A DNA stretch of 64,000 nt from Marispirochaeta sp. (GTDB taxonomy: Bacteria; Spirochaetota; Spirochaetia; JC444; Marispirochaetaceae): the NCBI GenBank assembly GCA_963676835.2, contig CAXXFF010000001.1, forward strand, positions 544,001-608,000, written 5' to 3'. The translations under genes and the position numbers were made by a program. Position 1 is the first letter of the stretch. Every line of letters begins with the position of its first letter. The notes under the pieces were generated by a model. The model saw only the letters and a program-made list of their open reading frames with translations, was not told where the DNA came from and did no database searches. Below, piece after piece: positions 28,129 through 36,542 of the stretch.

Positions 28129-28199
28129 TAAGAAGATTATGAACTGCTTCTTATAATTAAACGGTATGCTGAATCGACGTCCAGGCATACCGTTTTTTT
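28129..28199 (+). ncRNA. candidate sigma28-dependent small RNA (~70 nt)
   Basis: Lies between the sigma28-type promoter and an intrinsic terminator; no credible ORF. Confidence 0.35.
28159..28199 (+). terminator. intrinsic terminator
   Basis: AAACGGTATGC/GCATACCGTTT stem followed by a T run. Confidence 0.75.
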
Positions 28200-28432
28200 A
28201 TGCCCAGATGACAAGTCAAAACAGATGAACAAAAACCATTACTGACATTTTCCAGGAACAGTCAAAAAGCAGACAGGACCAATTGTGATCTTCAACAGAT
28301 ATATAGCTCGTATATCTGCATTATTGGATACAATGTTTCATATTTTTTCTTCTTATTACTACTCATAGATACATTTTGTATATTATTTCGATATTTTTTT
28401 AGCTTTTTAACAGGTTTTCGCCAGCACCAGCG

Positions 28433-28486
28433 TTGACATCAATCCTAAAGCTATCCTACTATTTTCCTGAAATTTGTCAGACAAAT
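28433..28486 (+). promoter_or_regulatory. TRAP operon promoter and GntR-type operator
   Basis: TTGACA-18-TACTAT; palindrome ATTTGTC-A-GACAAAT at 28472-28486. Confidence 0.6.
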
Positions 28487-28534
28487 CTTAACGCCGAACT
28501 GCGGTTCGGAGTTAAAACAACGGAGGTTTTACTT

Positions 28535-29560
28535 ATGAAGAAGATTTTGTTTGTCTGTGTTGTCCTGATGCTGGGAGCAGTACTGTTTGCCCAGGGTGGT
28601 TCCGAAGGTAATGGTGCCATTAGCCTGAAGATTCAGCACAATGATCCTCAGCCCGATCTTTCTGCATGGCACCAGGGATTCCTGAGCCTTCAGGAGACAC
28701 TTGAAGCCGAGTATGAAGATCAGGTAAATGTTACCATCTATTCCGGCGGTTCACTTTCCAAGGGAAACTGGAAAACCAGCATGGAGCAGGCTCAGAACAA
28801 CGTCATCCAGATGATGGTTGAGTCCCACGTTCCCTGGGGATCTGTTGTACCCGAAATTTCCGCCCTCAGTACTCCCTTCCTTTTCGACGGAATGGAGCAC
28901 CAGATGAGATTCTTTGACAGCCAGCCTGCAGTACTTCAGGAATGGGTCAAGAAATTCGAGGAAAAAGGGCTGGTATTCGTAGGATGGTGGCCCCGCCCCT
29001 CACGGCAGAACGTCAACAACCAGAAGCAGATTGTTGTACCCGAGGATATCTCCGGGATGAAGTTCAGAAGTATGGGTGTTGATCTTGCCATCAAAACCTG
29101 GGAAGCAATGGGCGCAAAACCCGTACCCATGCCCTCCGGAGAAATTTACACCGCTATCCAGACCGGTACAGTTGCGGGTGAAGACAATGCAATCAGCACA
29201 GTCTACAACTTCAAAACCTTCGAGCCCTGTAAGTACTTCAACAAGTGGGACTACATGGCTGACGGTGCACTTATCGTTGTAAACAAGAGCTGGTGGTACA
29301 ACCTTTCTCCCGAAGTACAGGAGACTATCAAGACTTCCCTTAACGGCAGTGCCCGACAGGTTGTCTACGAGTTCTACCAGAAAATGGAGAAAGAAGCCCG
29401 GACAGCAATGGAAGACTACGGCATCGTATTCACTGATTTTACCTACGACATGAAAAAACCCTGGATTGAAAAGATGGGTCCCGTTTATGACTATGTAAAA
29501 TCACTAACCGGTGAAGAAGGATGGAGTGGTTTCTCTGCTGCAGTAGAGGCTACCCGCTAA
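28535..29560 (+). CDS. dctP: TRAP transporter substrate-binding protein
   Basis: Signal peptide from ATG 28535 (GGAGG RBS); PFLFD, GMKFR, EIYTAIQTGTVAGEDN. Confidence 0.92.
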   Translation: MKKILFVCVVLMLGAVLFAQGGSEGNGAISLKIQHNDPQPDLSAWHQGFLSLQETLEAEYEDQVNVTIYSGGSLSKGNWKTSMEQAQNNVIQMMVESHVPWGSVVPEISALSTPFLFDGMEHQMRFFDSQPAVLQEWVKKFEEKGLVFVGWWPRPSRQNVNNQKQIVVPEDISGMKFRSMGVDLAIKTWEAMGAKPVPMPSGEIYTAIQTGTVAGEDNAISTVYNFKTFEPCKYFNKWDYMADGALIVVNKSWWYNLSPEVQETIKTSLNGSARQVVYEFYQKMEKEARTAMEDYGIVFTDFTYDMKKPWIEKMGPVYDYVKSLTGEEGWSGFSAAVEATR

Positions 29561-29699
29561 TAAGCCTTAGAGCTGGATTTTCATACCAGTCGCTTATTAT
29601 AAGGCTGGCATGGTGCAGTAAACAGACTGGGCCGGCCAGCCTTTTTCGGCTTATAAGCTTTTTGACGACTGGTAAAACGAACGGAGGGGAGCTGCGTTT

Positions 29700-30224
29700 A
29701 TGAAGAAATTCTTTAAAATACTGGCGAATCTGGATGAATACATTCAGCCGCTGTTTTTCACAATCCTGCTGGTTGTAATTATCCTGCAGGTATTAGCCCG
29801 GTTTATACACAGTTTAAATTTACCCTGGACCCTTGAAGTGATCACTTTCACCTTCAATGCATCGGTCTGGTTTGCCGTCAGTCTGGGAATAAAAACCTAT
29901 TCCCACGTAGGCATCGATATTCTTCTTACAAAAACTTCAGGAAAAATACTGCGGGGGCTGCTGCTGTTTCAGTATTTCATGTTTATTTTCCTTTTAATTG
30001 CCCTGTTCTGGTCAGGCAGCATGGCCCTGACGGGATATTACAAAATTCATGACATGCCCCAGGTACTGAAAGTACCTCTTTGGATAATGAGGTCTCCCAT
30101 TATTCTGGGATGCATATTCAGCATTTTCAGGGCAGTTGAACAGATAGTTATGCTCTTTCAAAACAAATACGACTATTCACGTTTTAATGAAATGCACATT
30201 AACCTGACAGAGGAGGAAGCATAA
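29700..30224 (+). CDS. dctQ: TRAP transporter small permease
   Basis: 4 TM, QVLARF, PWTLE, HVGID. Confidence 0.9.
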   Translation: MKKFFKILANLDEYIQPLFFTILLVVIILQVLARFIHSLNLPWTLEVITFTFNASVWFAVSLGIKTYSHVGIDILLTKTSGKILRGLLLFQYFMFIFLLIALFWSGSMALTGYYKIHDMPQVLKVPLWIMRSPIILGCIFSIFRAVEQIVMLFQNKYDYSRFNEMHINLTEEEA

Positions 30225-30226
30225 AT

Positions 30227-31513
30227 ATGGGCTCTCAAATAAGCATTACCGTTGCTTCCATCACCGTATTACTCATGGTGCTTGGAACACCGATCGCTGT
30301 AGCCTTAGGAGCAGCTTCTGTAGTTTCCCTGCTTATCTTCAACATCATTCCGTTCGTTAGTGTTGCACAGCAGTTATTCACAGGAATGGAAAGTTATATC
30401 CTTGTGGCAATTCCCTTTTTCATTTTTGCCGGAGTAATCATGGAAGCCGGTGGAATCGCCCGGGCGCTGATCAACTTCACCAAGTCTTTTCTTGGGTTCT
30501 CCCGTGGTGGACTTGGTGCGGTTAATATCATCAGCAGCTTTATCTTCGGCGGTATTTCCGGTTCTTCAGTAGCAGATACTGCAGCAATCGGATCAATTAT
30601 GGTGCCCACCATGGTGGAAGAGGGTTACAGCAAGGATTACGCTGCTGCCATTACCGTTACCTCATCTACCCTGGCCGTAATTGTGCCTCCCAGCATTATC
30701 ATGCTCATTCTCGGAGCTGTAGCTGAAATATCAATTGCAAAACTGCTTCTTGGCGGAATTCTGCCGGGAACTCTGGTTGTAATTTTTATGATGATTCAGA
30801 ACTACTACATCTCTTTCAAGCACAACTACGGAACGATTGTTCCCTTCTCTATTAAAAACTTTTTTCTTTCCGCATTACGCGGTCTGCCAGCCCTTGGTGC
30901 ACCGATTATCATCATCGGCGGAATTCTTACCGGGTTTATTACCCCGACAGAATCCGGTGGAATGGCGGTTGTCTATTCCCTGATAGTAAGTGCCGTGGTA
31001 TACAAAACCCTCAGCTGGAAAAAACTGTATGAAGCCATAGTAAAAACTGCAATTATTACCGGATGCGTTGTTTTTGTTATCGGCATTTCAAACCTGTTTA
31101 CCTTCATACTCTCTTTTGAGAATACGCCTCAGAGAATTGCAGAAATGATTATGGGTATATCCCATAACAAATATCTGGCACTCTTTGTTATCAACATATT
31201 CCTGCTGGTGGTTGGAATGATCATGGATGGTGGAGTTGCGATTATCCTGCTGGTACCGCTTCTTTTTCCTGTTGCAGAGCACCTCGGGCTCGATCCGATT
31301 CACTTTGGAATCGTATTTTCCATAAACCTTGCCATCGGCCTGGTTACCCCGCCCTTTGGGGTGTGTCTCTTCAGCTGCTGTAATATTTCCCAATTGTCCA
31401 TGGAAAGACTGGTAAAGGCATCTCTGCCGCTCTACGGCAGTCTGCTTCTGACACTTTTTATCGTTACCTATTTCCCTTCTTTTGTTATGTTATTGCCCAA
31501 CCTGCTTAAATAA
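30227..31513 (+). CDS. dctM: TRAP transporter large permease
   Basis: AIPFFIFAG, GGISGSSVAD, IVPPSI, TPTE, TPPFG. Confidence 0.95.
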   Translation: MGSQISITVASITVLLMVLGTPIAVALGAASVVSLLIFNIIPFVSVAQQLFTGMESYILVAIPFFIFAGVIMEAGGIARALINFTKSFLGFSRGGLGAVNIISSFIFGGISGSSVADTAAIGSIMVPTMVEEGYSKDYAAAITVTSSTLAVIVPPSIIMLILGAVAEISIAKLLLGGILPGTLVVIFMMIQNYYISFKHNYGTIVPFSIKNFFLSALRGLPALGAPIIIIGGILTGFITPTESGGMAVVYSLIVSAVVYKTLSWKKLYEAIVKTAIITGCVVFVIGISNLFTFILSFENTPQRIAEMIMGISHNKYLALFVINIFLLVVGMIMDGGVAIILLVPLLFPVAEHLGLDPIHFGIVFSINLAIGLVTPPFGVCLFSCCNISQLSMERLVKASLPLYGSLLLTLFIVTYFPSFVMLLPNLLK

Positions 31514-31515
31514 TT

Positions 31516-31548
31516 AAAAAAAGCGGCTTCCCTGTGGAGCCGCTTTTT
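31516..31548. terminator. bidirectional intrinsic terminator
   Basis: AAAAAGCGGCTT...GAGCCGCTTTTT between convergent dctM and the cheA-like gene. Confidence 0.85.
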
Positions 31549-31575
31549 ACTGTCCCTTTCAAAAAGTCTAACCGA

Positions 31576-33426
31576 TCAGGAAAAATCGAGCAGCCCCCGG
31601 AGATTTACAATTTGAATATCTGTCTCTCTGTTTCCGACAACCAGTGCTGACAGGGGAGAAAGTTCAACTTCATTTCCATAAACAAAATCCGGCGGAAAGC
31701 TTTCTTCAAAAAGTACCTTTTCAACAAGCAGATAGGCTGCACCCTTGTCAGTCTTAACCTTCAACAGAACTTCATTTTCGGGAAATCCGTCACTGATAAT
31801 CAGATTACCGTCACAGGTATACACCGGATAGCCCTGATACGCTATGAGCCCCTGGTTCTCACGGGTAAAAGCTGCGGCATCCGGTTCTTCAATCCCCATG
31901 ACAGAAGACTGATCCATTGCCATAATACGCTGTTTGTGCAGTACAAAAAGATATTTCAGAGAAGCGGTATCCACAGGAATGCGTATAAGAAATCGGCTCC
32001 CCTGCACAGGATCTGCATCAAGCTGGAGCATAGCACCTTTAAGACCGCAAATTTTTTCGGCAACAATATCGAGCCCTACCCCCCTTCCGGAGTGCATGGA
32101 GGCATCATCATCGGTACTGAATCCTGGGGATGTGAGAATCTGGAGCAGGGACAGATCATCCTTAATACCCAGCTCTGCAGCACGCCGCCGTATGCGGCTT
32201 TCATTAATACCGCGGCCGTCATCTTTTATCGATAAAAGAATTTCATCCGAAGTCCTTTGAAACTCAATCACAACCTCACCGCGGGGTGATTTCCCTCCGT
32301 TGACCCGCTCGTGCCGATCTTCTATACCATGACTTACAGCATTACGCAGCAGCTGTATTACCGCATCCCGCAGCTGTTGCGCAAGCCAGCGTTCAATGAT
32401 CAACTCACCGCCAACAATTTCGCAGCGGGCTTCCTTAAGCTGTTCTTCTGCAGCCTGAGCGACAACCATGGCCGCGTCCGCGAAGAAATCACCAAACGGG
32501 ATACCCCCGGCTTCACTTATAATCTTCTCTATCCCCGAAAGTGCAGAGTATATAACCTTATGCTCAGGCTCGGCACATTTTTCACCTGCAAGATAGTATG
32601 CGGATTTGCCCTGCAGCAGTTCGAACCAGAGGCTGGAAAGCTGATCCATGGAGATGCTTACTTTTTCGTAACGTTCACGTGATCCCGGTTTATATTCAGG
32701 CCCCGAGTCTGGAAGATGCCGGGTCCACTGCAGCCGGGAAAGAAAAACCCGCCGGACCTGATCAACCTGCAGGGCATCAAAAAGCTCGCCCTCAGGCTTA
32801 TGGGAGGTAAAAAAATACTCAACCGATCCATAATCTGCGTTTTCTTCTGGAACAGAGAGATCCGGCCCGGTTTTAATAACATTTACTGCCTGTTCCAGAT
32901 TGTTGAGAACAAGAACAGCCTTAGGGTATTTCATTTCAGTTTCGGCTTCAAAATCACAAACCAGGCGGTATAGAAACTCTCCCCTGTCCCGGGATTCAGA
33001 CAGAAGCAGTTTTTCAAATTCAGAAAAAAGCTCTTTTGGTTTATCTCTGTCAGAACGCTTGATTCCCGACTCGGAAGTACTCTGAGCTTCGGAAAGGGGT
33101 CCCTTACCCTGACCTTCCGGAAACTGTACTTTGTCTGCAGCTTCTTTAAGCCCGGTTAGCAGCCTGTAGAGATTATCAAGCGGCGCTGGAGCGGCTGAAT
33201 GCTGCCGCATATCCTCAAACAGAGTCTCCGCTTCATGCGCCATGGCGGCAATAGGCTTCAGGTCAAGGTGAGCTGCTTCTGATTTAATGCTGTGCATATG
33301 CCGAAAGGCTTCGTCAATATAGGCAGTTTCGAGATTCCCGGACTCAAACTGGCCGAACAGATAGCCCAACCTTCCCAGGGACTCATCAATATCCTGCTTA
33401 AAACTTGCTTCAAGTTTTCCGGTCAC
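31576..33426 (-). CDS. CheA-like histidine kinase (Hpt + P2-like + HATPase), divergent
   Basis: AFRHMHSIKS Hpt, LLRNAVSHGIE N-box, DDGRG, GFST, SGRGVGLD. Confidence 0.8.
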   Translation of the reverse strand: MTGKLEASFKQDIDESLGRLGYLFGQFESGNLETAYIDEAFRHMHSIKSEAAHLDLKPIAAMAHEAETLFEDMRQHSAAPAPLDNLYRLLTGLKEAADKVQFPEGQGKGPLSEAQSTSESGIKRSDRDKPKELFSEFEKLLLSESRDRGEFLYRLVCDFEAETEMKYPKAVLVLNNLEQAVNVIKTGPDLSVPEENADYGSVEYFFTSHKPEGELFDALQVDQVRRVFLSRLQWTRHLPDSGPEYKPGSRERYEKVSISMDQLSSLWFELLQGKSAYYLAGEKCAEPEHKVIYSALSGIEKIISEAGGIPFGDFFADAAMVVAQAAEEQLKEARCEIVGGELIIERWLAQQLRDAVIQLLRNAVSHGIEDRHERVNGGKSPRGEVVIEFQRTSDEILLSIKDDGRGINESRIRRRAAELGIKDDLSLLQILTSPGFSTDDDASMHSGRGVGLDIVAEKICGLKGAMLQLDADPVQGSRFLIRIPVDTASLKYLFVLHKQRIMAMDQSSVMGIEEPDAAAFTRENQGLIAYQGYPVYTCDGNLIISDGFPENEVLLKVKTDKGAAYLLVEKVLFEESFPPDFVYGNEVELSPLSALVVGNRETDIQIVNLRGLLDFS

Positions 33427-33436
33427 ACAATAACTC

Positions 33437-34102
33437 CTAACGCCCTATAGTCTTGAAAATCTGCAGCGACCTGCGCCTGACTGAGGAAAAGTCATCCTGC
33501 ATACCGGCGGAAATCACGGACCGGTAGGAAAACCGGTTCGGCATTCGCTCTATTGTATCAAGAATTGCAAGTTTGATCCTGCTTTCTGCACGGTTAAAAA
33601 GCAGGATAAGATCAACTCCCGCGGCCTGAGCCCTAACCTTTCCTATGGCAGAGACTACGGCAAGAACAACCTGCTCATCCGTATCCTTAAGGCCCTCACG
33701 CAGATAATGGTAATTACCGGGATCCATGGTGTTCCCCAGCCGCATGGCAGCAAAAGCACGAAGTGCCGGGGTTTTACCCTTTTTAAGCAGACTGCCAAGC
33801 TCCCCAGGAGATGTCATTTTCGGCTGTGGCGCCGCTGTTCTCACAGGACGACCGGATGAGGCGGCCCGGTACTCAGGAGCTTTACGCCGGCTGCGCAGGG
33901 GGAAATCTATAATTCGCGACCCGAACCCCCGTTTACTCAGGGAATGATATGCTTCTACTACCTTTGCAAAAGCCATATTATCCGGTCGAAGCCCTGTGTC
34001 AGGATGAAGTTCTTTTACCATCCTGCGATAGGCTTTTTTTATCTCAGGTTCAGGTGCATTCTGCCCGACTCCAAGAACCCGGAAACATTCACTATCCAGC
34101 AC
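33437..34102 (-). CDS. J-domain (DnaJ-like) protein with C-terminal HEAT repeats
   Basis: IKKAYRRMVKELHPD; GLKDTDEQVVLAVVSAIG HEAT-like repeats; GTG 34102 overlaps the Hsp70 stop. Confidence 0.85.
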   Translation of the reverse strand: MLDSECFRVLGVGQNAPEPEIKKAYRRMVKELHPDTGLRPDNMAFAKVVEAYHSLSKRGFGSRIIDFPLRSRRKAPEYRAASSGRPVRTAAPQPKMTSPGELGSLLKKGKTPALRAFAAMRLGNTMDPGNYHYLREGLKDTDEQVVLAVVSAIGKVRAQAAGVDLILLFNRAESRIKLAILDTIERMPNRFSYRSVISAGMQDDFSSVRRRSLQIFKTIGR

Positions 34103-35696
34103 AGTCGGCCTCCCTTTCCATACTAAGGCCGCGTATTTCGCGTAGAATGGTTTTAAGTGCAATGGCACACTCTTTTTCCCATCCTCTGCTGCCGCCCTTC
34201 AGGATTGATGCGGATATATTGAGTATATCATCAATATCCTCTTTCAGGGTGGCATCAATACGGGTTCTGAAGCGCCTAGACTCTTTACGGACCCGCTCCA
34301 TTAAAACAGCTATGCCTGGCTCCCGCCGGGAAGCAGTGGAAAAACACAGTTCTCTGCTTGTATCCGTTTCTGCATCCCGGGCTTTCAGGTGAAGAATCCC
34401 ATCAGCGTTGATGGAGAACTCAACTTCCACCTTCGGCGATCCTTTGGGTGCGGGGCGGATACTGTTCAGTTGAACTTTTCCCAGGGACCGGTTTCGCAAA
34501 GCATCAAGAAAACTTCCCTGGAGAAGGTTTATCTCCACGGTCTGCTGATTATCACTTACGGTGGTGAATACCTTTTTAACCTTAAGCGGCAGCGGAGTGT
34601 TGCGGGAGGCAAGACGCAGGGTTTTACCCCCGTCAATTTCAATACCGAAATCATATGGCAGGACCTCCCTGACCCGGCGCCCTTTTCCCATAAGAGGAAC
34701 AGCAGCGGCAGCTCCAAGAGCAACTACTTCGGAGGGGCTTGTACGGATACGAACCTTATTCCCCATAAAGGCCTGTATCCCTTCCTGAACCGCAGGAATC
34801 CGGCAACTCCCGCCGGCAAGTACCAGGGTCCCGATATCTTCCCTTCTCCAACCGTTCTGAATAAGAGCCTCGTCCATTACCTTCACCGCCCTCTTTATGA
34901 GGGATGCGACAGCCTTCTCATACTCCTGTCTGGTTATTCTAATATCCCCATGTCCAGGAAGCGAGATAACTGCTTCCCGGCTGGAACTCAAAGTAATTTT
35001 TGCTTCTTCCGCTTTAGCCTGCAGGAGCGCACGATATTGATCATCAAGCTGAAATCCCGGTTGAATTTTCTTTAAGATCAGAGAGAACATACGGGAAGTA
35101 AAATCGGCACCGCCGAGAAAAGCATCCCCGTACACACCTTTAACAGTACACTCATCTCCATGGACAGTCAGGATGGCAATGTCCAGGGTCCCACCTCCAA
35201 AATCGAACACAGCGCAGGGACCGGAAATTCTGCTGCCCCAGGCCAGAGCGGCAGCTGCAGGCTCGCTTATAAGCTTCACCGACGAAAGCCCTGCAGCCTC
35301 TGCAGCATTAACCGTTGCCTTTCGCTGTGTTTGTGAAAAATGGGCGGGAACCGTGAGAACAGCGCCTGTTACAGGCTGTTTAAGGAAATCCTCCGCATCT
35401 TTTACCACTTTCTTTATTATAAAGCCGGTTATCTCCAGGGGAGTGAAAATACGGTCTCCCAACTGTACAGGGAAGGCCGTGCCTATCCTGCGCTTTATAT
35501 TGCGGACTGTACGGCCATAGTCAGTAATACTCTGTTTCTCCGCGGAATTTCCAACCAGAAGTCCGGTGTTGTCACTCCAGGCGATAACTGCGGGAGTTAC
35601 AGCAAAACCGTAACTGTTGGGAATAATTGAAGGTCCGCTGCCATCCATAAAAGAAGCAGAACAGGTGCTTGTTCCTATATCAATTCCAATAATCAT
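34092..35696 (-). CDS. Hsp70 family protein (DnaK paralog, short lid)
   Basis: IIGIDIGT, TVPAHF, EPAAAALA, DFGGGTLD, LAGGSCRIP, TVSDNQ. Confidence 0.92.
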   Translation of the reverse strand: MIIGIDIGTSTCSASFMDGSGPSIIPNSYGFAVTPAVIAWSDNTGLLVGNSAEKQSITDYGRTVRNIKRRIGTAFPVQLGDRIFTPLEITGFIIKKVVKDAEDFLKQPVTGAVLTVPAHFSQTQRKATVNAAEAAGLSSVKLISEPAAAALAWGSRISGPCAVFDFGGGTLDIAILTVHGDECTVKGVYGDAFLGGADFTSRMFSLILKKIQPGFQLDDQYRALLQAKAEEAKITLSSSREAVISLPGHGDIRITRQEYEKAVASLIKRAVKVMDEALIQNGWRREDIGTLVLAGGSCRIPAVQEGIQAFMGNKVRIRTSPSEVVALGAAAAVPLMGKGRRVREVLPYDFGIEIDGGKTLRLASRNTPLPLKVKKVFTTVSDNQQTVEINLLQGSFLDALRNRSLGKVQLNSIRPAPKGSPKVEVEFSINADGILHLKARDAETDTSRELCFSTASRREPGIAVLMERVRKESRRFRTRIDATLKEDIDDILNISASILKGGSRGWEKECAIALKTILREIRGLSMEREADCAG

Positions 35697-35700
35697 ACAT

Positions 35701-36213
35701 TTATCTATCGGTCTGTTCTGACAGGGATATTATCAGTTCCACCTCCCCAAGGGGTTTTCCCACCCTGGCAGCTATCAGACGGGATTCAAGACCCTGTCGG
35801 TACAGGCGAACAATCTGCTGATTAACGGATTCTTCTTCCTTCGGTTCTGGCACTATCGATGCAGTTTCAGGTTCTTCGTTCTCTTCAACCACCTGAATTG
35901 TGATGGGCTTCCTGGATGCAAGGTGGGAGTACTCGCTGTTTGCGCGACTGATCTTTTCCCCTTCTCCCTGTAAAAGCTTCAACCGCCCGTCGGCATTGCG
36001 TATCTCCTGCTTCAACTTCAGCACAGTATCTTCAATAAGGCGGATATTTCTTTCCGTTGTTCCGTTTAAATCAGTCAAAATGGAGTCAAGCTCCGCTTCT
36101 ATATCCAAAAGAATCTTCCGCGGCCTGACAGTTCGTTTTATCACAGCCCGCTGGATGATAATAAACAGAATCCAGCCGACTATATTTAGGGTGAGAATTA
36201 TACCTGTACTCAT
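35701..36213 (-). CDS. membrane-anchored coiled-coil protein with C-terminal HTH-like tail (DUF6115/DUF2802-like)
   Basis: N-terminal TM, coiled coil, IAARVGKPLGEVELII. Confidence 0.65.
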   Translation of the reverse strand: MSTGIILTLNIVGWILFIIIQRAVIKRTVRPRKILLDIEAELDSILTDLNGTTERNIRLIEDTVLKLKQEIRNADGRLKLLQGEGEKISRANSEYSHLASRKPITIQVVEENEEPETASIVPEPKEEESVNQQIVRLYRQGLESRLIAARVGKPLGEVELIISLSEQTDR

Positions 36214-36215
36214 TT

Positions 36216-36542
36216 TTATCCGGATATATCTATATTTTTGCCGAGATCTGGATCACTGTAATATTTTCTGGAAGACTTTTCATTCTGCGTTTCCTCTTCT
36301 TCCTTTTTCCGCTTCTTTTTTCCCCCCTGAGACTGCTCCTGATCCTCATGTACTTCTTCAGGGCCGTCCGAGGTGGATTCGGTTTCGTTTACACTTTTAT
36401 CCCGCTGTTCTGTCTCTTTCACAAGCTCGCTGCCCATGGCAAGCTGCTGCAGGTGCAGACCTTCCTTCTGCTGGGCCTGTTCTTTCCCAACCTGATTCAT
36501 GTGCATAAACAATGTCTGCAGATCAATGGGTTTAATGGACAT
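36216..36542 (-). CDS. conserved hypothetical protein of flagellar operons
   Basis: MSIKPIDLQ start and DPDLGKNIDI end; translationally coupled to fapA. Confidence 0.7.
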   Translation of the reverse strand: MSIKPIDLQTLFMHMNQVGKEQAQQKEGLHLQQLAMGSELVKETEQRDKSVNETESTSDGPEEVHEDQEQSQGGKKKRKKEEEETQNEKSSRKYYSDPDLGKNIDISG

